The position numbers and the translations under genes are program-made. From Acidimicrobiales bacterium (GTDB taxonomy: Bacteria; Actinomycetota; Acidimicrobiia; Acidimicrobiales; RAAP-2), in assembly GCA_036553725.1 (NCBI GenBank), contig DATBOO010000204.1:12565-76564 (forward strand): a stretch of DNA of 64,000 nt. Direction: 5' to 3'. This document shows, piece after piece, positions 9,394 through 16,935 of this stretch. Below the pieces are notes generated by a model, which saw only the letters and a list, made by a program, of their open reading frames with translations, had not been told where the DNA came from and made no database searches. Positions within the stretch are counted from its first letter, which is position 1. Each line of letters opens with the position of its first letter.

Positions 9394-10206
9394 GTGACCA
9401 ATCCCGTGCAATCGCCTTCGGCGGTGACCACGATCACCCGGGCTCCGAGCCTGGGCCTGGATGGGGCCGCCACCCTCGTCTTCCAGCCGGCGGTGGACCT
9501 CGCCACCGGTCGCCTCCTCGGCTTCGAGGCGCTGCTGCGGTGGCGCGACTCGACCGGTCGCGACATCCCTCCCTCCACGCTCATTCCGTGGGCTGAGTCC
9601 CACGGGCACATGAACGAGTTGAATGCGTGGGTACTCTCCGAGGCCTGCGCGCAGGCCGCCCGGTGGCCGTCGGGCCTCCAGCTGGCGGTCAACTGCTCGG
9701 TCTTCCAGCTGCACCGGGGCGAGGCAGCCATGGCGGCCGCCGCCGCTCTCGAACAATCGGGTCTCAGCCCCGATCGACTCACAGTCGAAGTCACCGAGAC
9801 CTCGGTGGCCGACGATCTGGCGGCCGAAGACCTACACATGATGACCCGCCTGGGCATCCAACTCACCGTGGACGACGTCGGGGAGGACTGGTCGGTACTC
9901 GAGAACCTGCGGGGCTGCGTGGTCAGCACCGTGAAGATCGACGCATCGCTCACGGCCGGCCTTACCGACCCCGACGGGCAGAGTCGGGCCACGGCGGAGA
10001 CGATCGTCACGCTGTGCCGTTCCCTCGGCATCTGCACCGTGGCCGAAGCAGTCGAGACCGTCGAGCAGGTGGCCATACTGCGCGAGATCGGAGCGGAGAC
10101 CGCGCAGGGCTACTTCTTCTCGACGCCACTCACCGCCGACGATGCCGCCGAACTGGCGGCCATGACTCCGGCTCCGCGCTTCGCCCTGTCGGCGCCGCCC
10201 GCATGA
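9394..10206 (+). CDS. Stand-alone EAL-domain protein (putative c-di-GMP phosphodiesterase)
   Basis: GFEALLRW, AVNCS, VEVTETS, TVDDVGED, VKIDASL, AEAVETVEQ and AQGYFFS cover the EAL catalytic set. No GGDEF or sensor domain. GTG 9394 chosen as start; the ORF upstream of it looks non-coding. Confidence 0.85.
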   Translation: MTNPVQSPSAVTTITRAPSLGLDGAATLVFQPAVDLATGRLLGFEALLRWRDSTGRDIPPSTLIPWAESHGHMNELNAWVLSEACAQAARWPSGLQLAVNCSVFQLHRGEAAMAAAAALEQSGLSPDRLTVEVTETSVADDLAAEDLHMMTRLGIQLTVDDVGEDWSVLENLRGCVVSTVKIDASLTAGLTDPDGQSRATAETIVTLCRSLGICTVAEAVETVEQVAILREIGAETAQGYFFSTPLTADDAAELAAMTPAPRFALSAPPA

Positions 10207-10287
10207 CCAGGGCCTGACCGACCTGGCCGGGCCGGTGGCCGGTGGCGCCCCAGTCGAACGGCGGGTTCCCGCCCCTGGGTGCCGGCG

Positions 10288-11754
10288 TCAGGACAGTCCG
10301 GCCCGCCCGCGATGCACCACCGCCCGGTGGGCGGTGGGTGGGCGGCCCCGGAGCCAATCGTGGGCCCGCGCCACCGCGGCGGCGTCCGGCGGAGCGTGCC
10401 CCCGCCTCCCGTGTGGCGGCGTGCCGAAGGGAGCTCCGCACAGGGAGCAGGTGCCGGACATCCCGGAGGCCGGGACCACCGGGCGGTGGTCGGCGTCGAG
10501 CCACGCCCCGGCTCGACGGCGACTGACCAGCTCCTGAGCCTCAGCCGGCGTTCGCGGCACACGACCGGCCTCCCCCATCTCGACCACGAACTGGGTGGCC
10601 GCCCTGATGCCGCTGGCCAACAGCTGGCTCTTCTGACTCGGCGTGAGCCCGAAGTCGATGGTCTTGATGCCGAGGGTGTCCACGAATATCGTCCGCGCCG
10701 CGGTCGTCTCGTCGATGCCGTACTCGTCCCATTCGCTCGTCATCGTCTCCAGGCAGTGGAGGCCGACCCCCTCCGACGAGGTGCAGGCCTTGGGCGGGGG
10801 ATGGTCCGCTAGGAGGGCGGACAGCTTGATCCCTATGGTCGGCCACCGTGGTGGCCGGCCGTCGATGCGGTCGAAGGCGTTGATGGGGAAGTTCCGGAGC
10901 ATCCCCCCGTCGACCCATGTCTCCGTTCCCGCTTCGTACGTCACCTCCGTGGTGTCGCCGTCCGGGGTGGGAATGTCGACCGTCGCCCGTTCGGACTCGA
11001 AGGTGTAGGGCTTGAAGTAGAAGGGGATCGACATGGAGGCGCGTACCGCCTCGACCACCGATTCCCCATCAGGGGGGTGGCCGTAGAGCGGGAAGTCCCA
11101 GGGGAGGCGGACCAATCGCTTCCGGCTGATGTCGGCGGTGTGGACCACCAGCCGGAATTGGTGATCGGCCTCGAGGCTCATACCCGGATCCTGGGCTTCG
11201 TCCAGGCGCAGGTCGGCGAAGGTTCGCACCCCGAGCCCGTCCAGGATGGGCTCCAGCCACCGCCCGAGGGCGTCGCCCGAGTCCAGCCCCGACTTCCAGG
11301 TGAGCTCGGCCAAGGCCAGCACGGCAGCCGACAGTCCGCCGGCACCGCCTTGCCCGAGGTTCCGCAGACCGGGCGGCTGGAACTCCCTGAAGTCGAGGGA
11401 GTCCATGTGCGATCTGAGCTCGGTCATGTCCGGGCCGCGGCGGCTGAGGGCGGCGACCAATGACGCGGCGATGGCCCCGGCGCTGGTCCCTGCCACCCCG
11501 CGGAAGGTGTAGCCGGCCTCGGCCAGGACGAGGACGGCACCGACCAGCCCGATCCCCTTGACCCCCCCACCTTCCAGGGCGAGGTCGGCCCGCAGCTCGT
11601 TGACTCCCTGCGGGTTCGGCCAGCCGTCCTTTTCCAACAGGGCGGCAGCGGCTGCGTCGAACCGCTCCTGTGCCCCGACCGTGCGGGTGTAGCCGCGGGG
11701 GTCGCCCGGGGTGATGTCCACCTTCCAGTCCGTCTCAGGGGAAGAATCCGCCAT
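10288..11754 (-). CDS. Patatin-like phospholipase with an Arg/Pro/His-rich C-terminal tail
   Basis: LEGGGVKGIGLVG (oxyanion), GTSAGAIAA (GxSxG serine) and VDGGMLRNFP (DGG aspartate). GC3 stays high through the tail, so the tail appears to be coding. Confidence 0.9.
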   Translation of the reverse strand: MADSSPETDWKVDITPGDPRGYTRTVGAQERFDAAAAALLEKDGWPNPQGVNELRADLALEGGGVKGIGLVGAVLVLAEAGYTFRGVAGTSAGAIAASLVAALSRRGPDMTELRSHMDSLDFREFQPPGLRNLGQGGAGGLSAAVLALAELTWKSGLDSGDALGRWLEPILDGLGVRTFADLRLDEAQDPGMSLEADHQFRLVVHTADISRKRLVRLPWDFPLYGHPPDGESVVEAVRASMSIPFYFKPYTFESERATVDIPTPDGDTTEVTYEAGTETWVDGGMLRNFPINAFDRIDGRPPRWPTIGIKLSALLADHPPPKACTSSEGVGLHCLETMTSEWDEYGIDETTAARTIFVDTLGIKTIDFGLTPSQKSQLLASGIRAATQFVVEMGEAGRVPRTPAEAQELVSRRRAGAWLDADHRPVVPASGMSGTCSLCGAPFGTPPHGRRGHAPPDAAAVARAHDWLRGRPPTAHRAVVHRGRAGLS

Positions 11755-11896
11755 GCTGTTCCCTTCCGATCCCTCCTGGTTCTCGGCGGCCTCTCCTCCT
11801 GTGAGCGGCCCCCGCTCGACCGGTCAACAGACCTGCCGGCGAGGGAGATCTCCGCACCCGGGCCCGCCCGGTACCCTCGGTCAATCCTAAGCCATC

Positions 11897-11927
11897 CGGG
11901 CCGGGTCCGACCTGGTGACCCGGCCCG
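11897..11927. promoter_or_regulatory. Perfect 11-bp inverted repeat CGGGCCGGGTC-N9-GACCCGGCCCG in the divergent patatin/crp intergenic region
   Basis: Read directly from the sequence. It lies upstream of both divergent genes, so it is not a terminator. Its function is unknown. Confidence 0.3.
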
Positions 11928-12098
11928 AATGACAAGTGGGGGTGTCATCGAGCTCCAGGTTGGCTAGAGTTCTCGGACGGCGGAGCTTTTCGCGATGCGA
12001 GCGAGGGTTGTCAATGAGTGGGACCAGTGTCGGGACGCACAACTCAAAGGTCGGGCCGGGGGGGCGCCGGTCGCCTGCGGGTCGACCGTGACCCTTCC

Positions 12099-12785
12099 AT
12101 GAAGGCGACCGCCCTGTTGAACCTGGAGGACGACCCCTTCGTGGGGGCGGCGGTGCTCGGCGTTCTGGAGGAGAGGGACCGCCGGTACCTGGCCGAACGG
12201 AGCCTGCGCCGGCGGATCGACAAGGGGCAGGTCCTGTTCTGTGAGGGCGCCTTCTCCGACTCCGTGCTCGTCCTCGTGTCGGGGCGGATGAAGGTCGTGA
12301 AGTACTCGAATGACGGCGCCGAATTCATCCTGAGCACCGTTGCACCGGGCGAGACCATCGGCGAGCTCGGCGTGCTGTCGAGCGGTCCCCGCTCCGCCAC
12401 CGTCCTGGCCACGGAGGAGAGCGTGGTGCTCACTCTGGCCGGCTCGGTGATCATCGACCTGATCTCCGAGCGCCCGGCCCTGGCCATCGCCCTGCTCCAG
12501 CGGTTGTCCGACATGGTGCGCCGGATCACCGGCGTCGCCACCGACCTGGTCTTTCTCGACCTCAAACAGCGCGTGGCCAAGTACCTGCTCCAGCGCGCCG
12601 TCGGGGATCCACCGCCGGCCGAGCAGGTGGTCACCCAGTCCGACCTCGCCGCCAACATCGGCGCCAGTCGTCAGCGGGTGAACGCGTGTCTGCGTGACTT
12701 CCAGCGGCAGGGTTGGATCACCATGGGGTCGCGGAGTCTCCGGGTGATCGACCGCGAGGCTCTCACCCGGGTCGTCGCCTTCTGA
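12099..12785 (+). CDS. Crp/Fnr-family transcriptional regulator (cNMP-binding domain + C-terminal HTH)
   Basis: FCEGAFSDSVLVLVSGRMKV, phosphate-binding cassette GELGVLSSGPRSATVLA, and HTH TQSDLAANIGASRQRVNACLRDFQRQGWI. ATG 12099 (MKATALLN) preferred over the longer ORF. Confidence 0.9.
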   Translation: MKATALLNLEDDPFVGAAVLGVLEERDRRYLAERSLRRRIDKGQVLFCEGAFSDSVLVLVSGRMKVVKYSNDGAEFILSTVAPGETIGELGVLSSGPRSATVLATEESVVLTLAGSVIIDLISERPALAIALLQRLSDMVRRITGVATDLVFLDLKQRVAKYLLQRAVGDPPPAEQVVTQSDLAANIGASRQRVNACLRDFQRQGWITMGSRSLRVIDREALTRVVAF

Positions 12786-13117
12786 CAGCCAGGACCGCCA
12801 CCGTGATCCCGAGCAAATCGCCGGTTTTGTCTCCACCGTGACAGACAGATCCCCGCCGCAGGGCCACACTGAGGGTTGTCAGTAATCCCACATCGGGAGC
12901 AGACACCGGGATCAGGAGGGCTGTGGCATGGCCGAGTCTGATTGGGCGGAGGGCACGAATGGACAACATCCGTGGGCTCTGCCACCGGAGGACGGCTGAC
13001 TCGGCAATGCGGTGCACCGACCGCTGTCGACGGATCACCGGCGTGTACGTGGCCCGAGGTGGCGGGATGCATCGGTCGCATCAAACTCAGGCACGAATTC
13101 GCGGCGGGAACCGGCAG

Positions 13118-13154
13118 GCCGCTCCGGACCTCACCCCCCGAGGTCCGGAGCGGC
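13118..13154 (+). other. Perfect 15-bp stem with a 7-nt C-rich loop (GCCGCTCCGGACCTC-ACCCCCC-GAGGTCCGGAGCGGC); candidate sRNA element or orphan terminator
   Basis: Read directly. It sits in the middle of a 513-bp gap (12786-13298) where no supplied ORF looks like a convincing protein. No U-tract follows it. Confidence 0.4.
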
Positions 13155-13304
13155 TCCACATCTCGAAGTGCACTCGACGTCCTGGGAGCGGAGCCAACAG
13201 GTTCTGTCACCATCGTGACTGACAAGCGGGAAGCAGGGGCGCATCATCGTATGAGTCGGATCTCACAATAGAGCTCCCTCGAGCCAACGAAAGGACAGTT
13301 GATC

Positions 13305-13799
13305 ATGCGTGATTTTGGTGGGCGCATCGACGAGCGAATCGCAGTATTGCGGAGTATGAGATTGTTTTCGGGCTGCAACAAGGAACAGCTCCGGCACATC
13401 CGGTCGTTGACGACGATGATGAGAATGCCACGGGGTACCGTCCTGATCGCAGAGGACACACCGGGCCAGGAGTTCTTCATCGTGGTGGAAGGGACGGCCA
13501 CCGCCTCTCGACACGGTTGGTGGCTCGCCGATTTCGGCCCGGGATCCTTCTTCGGTGAACTGGCCCTGCTCGACCACGGCCAGCGGACGGCGACGGTGGT
13601 GGCCGCCACCGAGATGTGTGTCCTGGTGATCTCCCGGGTCGAGTTCTGGTCCCTGCAGGGATCGGCGCCGTCGTTTGCGCACAAGCTGCTCGTGGAGTTG
13701 GGAGTGCGGCTCCGCCGCACCGACGACCTCCTCGACGAAGAGTCGGCCTCGGCCTGGTCTCTCCGGCCCTTGGCCGCAATCGGCGCCACCGGGTGCTGA
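13305..13799 (+). CDS. Cyclic-nucleotide-binding-domain-only protein
   Basis: LFSGCNKEQLRHI, GTVLIAEDTPGQEFFIVVEG and FFGELALLDHGQRTATVVA (PBC). No output domain. SD-like AAAGGA lies upstream of ATG 13305. Confidence 0.85.
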   Translation: MRDFGGRIDERIAVLRSMRLFSGCNKEQLRHIRSLTTMMRMPRGTVLIAEDTPGQEFFIVVEGTATASRHGWWLADFGPGSFFGELALLDHGQRTATVVAATEMCVLVISRVEFWSLQGSAPSFAHKLLVELGVRLRRTDDLLDEESASAWSLRPLAAIGATGC

Positions 13800-13835
13800 G
13801 CGCCCCGGACCGGATCGACCGAGGCGATCAGCGGG

Positions 13836-15401
13836 TCACAGCAGCGAGGGGATGACCGCTTCGATCACGTTCGGGCCGGGTGAGGCCAGCGCACGCGCCA
13901 GCTGATCGGCGAATTCCTCGCTGGTCCCCGCCCGTGCCGCCTGCAGACCGAATCCCTCGGCCAGGTGGACGAAGTCGATGGACGGCCTCCCGAGGTCGAG
14001 CATGTCCCGTGCCCGGGGGCCGGCGGTGTCCGCCCCGACCCGGTCGAGCTCCATGTTGAGCACGGCGTACGAGTGGTTGTTGAGCAGGATGGTGGTCACA
14101 TCGAGGCCCTCGCGGGCCATGGTCCACCACGATTGCAGCGTGTAGAGGGCACTCCCGTCGGCCTCGAGGGCCACCACCCGCCGGTCGGGCGCGGCCACCG
14201 CCGCCCCCACGGCCACCGGCAGTCCCTGGCCGATGGCCCCCCCGGTCAGGCAGAGCCAGTCATGAGGCGGAGCGCCGCTGGTGGCGCCGGGGGCGAACAG
14301 CCCCGAGGTGTTCCCTTCGTCCGACACGATGGCCCCCTCGGGCAGGAGGGCGCCGAGCACCTGGCACACGCTCTGCGCGGTCAGCGGGCCGGTGGGCAGC
14401 CCGGGAGTACCGGCCTGCTGGCGGGGGGCGGCTCCCGGCTCCACCCCGAGCAGCCCGGCCAGCCCCGCCGCCGCCGCCCCCACGTCCTCCGGCTCTGCGG
14501 CCAGGGGGTGCACCGTGCATCCCTCCGGCACCAGGTCGCTCGGCTTGCCCGGGTAGGCGAAGAACGACACCGGCGACTTGGCGTCGACCAGCACCAGGTG
14601 CCGGACGCCCTCGAGCTGCATGGCGGTGAACTCGGCCAGGTAGGCCAGCCGCTCCACCGGGGGCCGGCCCGCCCCCCGTTCGAGCCGCGCCGGGAAGGTC
14701 TCGGCGAAGAACTTGGCGCCGGTGGCGGCGGCGATGTCCGCCGCCACCCCGAGCGTCGGCCCGGAGCAGGCCCGGCCCCCGATGAGGAGGGCGGCGGGCT
14801 CTCCGGACCGGAGGGCCTCGGCCGTGGCGGCCAGGAGGTCCTCGTCCGGCGCCGCGCCACCCGGAGGGAGCGTCGGCCCCGGCCCGCACACAGCCTCCCC
14901 CCCGTCCGACCATGACACATCGGCGGGGAGGATCAGCGTGGCCACCGAGCCGGGAGGGCCCGCCGCCGCGGCCAGGGCCGCCACCGCGTCCGCGCCCAGG
15001 CCGGCCGTCGACCCGGAGGTCCGGACGAAGGTCGAGACGTTGCGGGCCACCGTCTCGATGTCCGACTGCAGCTGGGCGTCGTAGCGCCGGTGGGAGGTGG
15101 CGTGGTCGCCGACGATGTTGACCACCGGGCTGCGGGCCCGCCGGGCGTTGTGGAGGTTGGCGAGCCCGTTGCCGAGCCCCGGGCCCAGGTGGAGCAGGGT
15201 CGCCGCCGGCCGGCCGGACAGGCGGGCATACCCGTCGGCGGCACCCGTGGCCACCCCCTCGAACACCGCCAGCACGCTGTGCATGTCGGTGACATCGTCC
15301 AGCGCCGCCACGAAGTGCATCTCCGAGGTGCCCGGGTTCATGAAGCAGGTGTCGACCCCGTGGTCCACCAGGGTGCGGATCAGCGCCTCGGCTCCGTTCA
15401 C
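13836..15401 (-). CDS. Thiamine-diphosphate-dependent enzyme, acetolactate-synthase-like (IlvX-like, ~521 aa)
   Basis: VNGAEALIRTLVDHGVDTCFMNPGTSEMHF at the N-terminus and a TPP motif EADGSALYTLQSWWTMAREGLDVTTILLNN. GTG 15401 overlaps the upstream stop by 4 nt. The longer ORF prefix is Arg/Pro junk. Confidence 0.85.
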   Translation of the reverse strand: MNGAEALIRTLVDHGVDTCFMNPGTSEMHFVAALDDVTDMHSVLAVFEGVATGAADGYARLSGRPAATLLHLGPGLGNGLANLHNARRARSPVVNIVGDHATSHRRYDAQLQSDIETVARNVSTFVRTSGSTAGLGADAVAALAAAAGPPGSVATLILPADVSWSDGGEAVCGPGPTLPPGGAAPDEDLLAATAEALRSGEPAALLIGGRACSGPTLGVAADIAAATGAKFFAETFPARLERGAGRPPVERLAYLAEFTAMQLEGVRHLVLVDAKSPVSFFAYPGKPSDLVPEGCTVHPLAAEPEDVGAAAAGLAGLLGVEPGAAPRQQAGTPGLPTGPLTAQSVCQVLGALLPEGAIVSDEGNTSGLFAPGATSGAPPHDWLCLTGGAIGQGLPVAVGAAVAAPDRRVVALEADGSALYTLQSWWTMAREGLDVTTILLNNHSYAVLNMELDRVGADTAGPRARDMLDLGRPSIDFVHLAEGFGLQAARAGTSEEFADQLARALASPGPNVIEAVIPSLL

Positions 15402-16801
15402 CGGTTCTCCCCGGAGGCGAGGGACAGGTCGAAGATGGTGCCCGGGTTGAGGATCCCGTGCGGGTCGAACGCCATCTTGATCCGGCGCATGAGGTCGAGC
15501 TTGACCGGATCCTCCAGCTCGGCCAGGTACGAGCGCTTCTGGGTGCCGATCCCGTGCTCGCCCGACACCGCCCCGCCCAGCAGGATTCCGGCGCCGATCA
15601 CATCGCGCAGGAGCCGGTGGCGGACCTCGTCGTCGGGCTGCCACACCGAGAGATGGACGTTGCCGTCGCCGGCGTGTCCGCACCCGACCACCAGCGAGGC
15701 GGTGTCGGCGGCCAAGCCGCCGACGGTGGCCAGCAGGGCGGGGATCGAGGCCCTGGGCACGACCACGTCCACTATGTCGTCGGCACCGTTCGCCTTGGCC
15801 GCCCAGAACGCCCGCTCCCGGGCCCCGACCAGCTCCACTCCGGCCTGGTCCGGGAGGACGTAGACCTCGAGCGCGCCGAGCTCGCCCAGCTGCCCGGCCA
15901 ATCCCGCGGTGTCCTCCTCCAGGCGCGACGCGTGGTGGCTCTCGAGGACGACCAACAGATAGGCCAGGGCCCGCTCCCGGACATCGTCGGGAACCCCGAG
16001 GTCGATGCCGGCGTTGGCAGTGATGCCCGCCATGGACACCACGTCGATGTACTCGACCATCAGGGGCCCGACGCCGCTGGCCACGATGGGCGAGACCGCC
16101 GACGCGATCTGGTCGAGCGACTCGAACGGGGCCAGCACCGTGGCCTGGAACCCGGGCCGGGGATGCAGCCGGAGTACCGCCCGGGTGACGAAGGCGAGCG
16201 TCCCCTCCGACCCGATCACCAGCTGGGTGAGGTCGTAGCCGCTGGTCGACTTCACGAACTTCCCCCCGGCGGTGATCACCTCGCCGGTGCCCAGCACGGC
16301 CTGGATCCCGAGGACGTGGTGACGGGTCACGCCGTACTTGACCGCCCGCATCCCCCCGGCGTTGGTGGCCACATTGCCGCCCAGGCTGGCCGACTGCTCG
16401 CCGGGGAACACCGGGTAGATCAGCCCGTGCGGGGCCAGGGCCTCGTCGAGCCCGGCCAGCGTCAGCCCGGGCTCGACCACGGCCACGTGGTTGGCGGTGT
16501 CGATCTCGAGGATGCGGTTCATCCGCTCGAACGAGACCACCACGCCGCCTTCCACCGGGACGCAGGCGCCCGACAGCCCGGTGCCCGCGCCGCGTGGCGT
16601 GAGGGGGACCCCCTCGGCTGCGGCCGCCGTGACGATGGCCGCCACCTCCTCGGTCGAGGCCGGGCGGACGACGGCCAGCGGACGGACGGAGGTGCCGCCC
16701 AGAGCCTCGTCGTGCGTGACGTCCTCGTTGATGCCGGCGCCGCGGTCGACGTTCGGCTCCCCCACGATGCCGATGAGCAGATCGTCGATCACCGCCGCCA
16801 C
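15398..16801 (-). CDS. FAD-linked oxidase (GlcD / D-lactate dehydrogenase-like)
   Basis: PCMH-type FAD-binding and C-terminal oxidase blocks (TPRGAGTGLSG, GGNVATNAGG, GDGNVHLSV, SGEHGIGTQK). Start trimmed to GTG 16801 (VAAVIDDLL). Confidence 0.85.
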   Translation of the reverse strand: MAAVIDDLLIGIVGEPNVDRGAGINEDVTHDEALGGTSVRPLAVVRPASTEEVAAIVTAAAAEGVPLTPRGAGTGLSGACVPVEGGVVVSFERMNRILEIDTANHVAVVEPGLTLAGLDEALAPHGLIYPVFPGEQSASLGGNVATNAGGMRAVKYGVTRHHVLGIQAVLGTGEVITAGGKFVKSTSGYDLTQLVIGSEGTLAFVTRAVLRLHPRPGFQATVLAPFESLDQIASAVSPIVASGVGPLMVEYIDVVSMAGITANAGIDLGVPDDVRERALAYLLVVLESHHASRLEEDTAGLAGQLGELGALEVYVLPDQAGVELVGARERAFWAAKANGADDIVDVVVPRASIPALLATVGGLAADTASLVVGCGHAGDGNVHLSVWQPDDEVRHRLLRDVIGAGILLGGAVSGEHGIGTQKRSYLAELEDPVKLDLMRRIKMAFDPHGILNPGTIFDLSLASGENR

Positions 16802-16935
16802 GCTATCGCCTGGCGCCGTTCGTCCCCGGGCCGACGCCGGCAGCCCGACAGTGCCTCGAACCCGCCCGTCGAAGATGCCGGAGAGGCGACGAGCCGGACC
16901 GGGCCCCCTCCGTACGGCAACGGTAAGGTGCCCGC

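Noticed and set aside
9268-9756. Upstream extension of the DUF2510 ORF to 9756 (719 aa), and similar long N-terminal extensions of ORFs at 13836-15683, 15398-17071, 21573-23213, 36452-38398, 48479-49690 and 51612-53096
   Set aside because: The extensions are Arg/Pro/Gly-rich, overlap neighbouring genes or promoters, and precede internal starts that match family-typical N-termini, often with SD-like motifs. The genes were trimmed accordingly.
10288-11754. Reading the patatin lipase as a CBASS/defence effector
   Set aside because: There is no CD-NTase, SMODS, E1/E2/JAB, HORMA/TRIP13 or any nuclease, helicase or ATPase partner nearby. The neighbours are ordinary signalling and regulatory genes.
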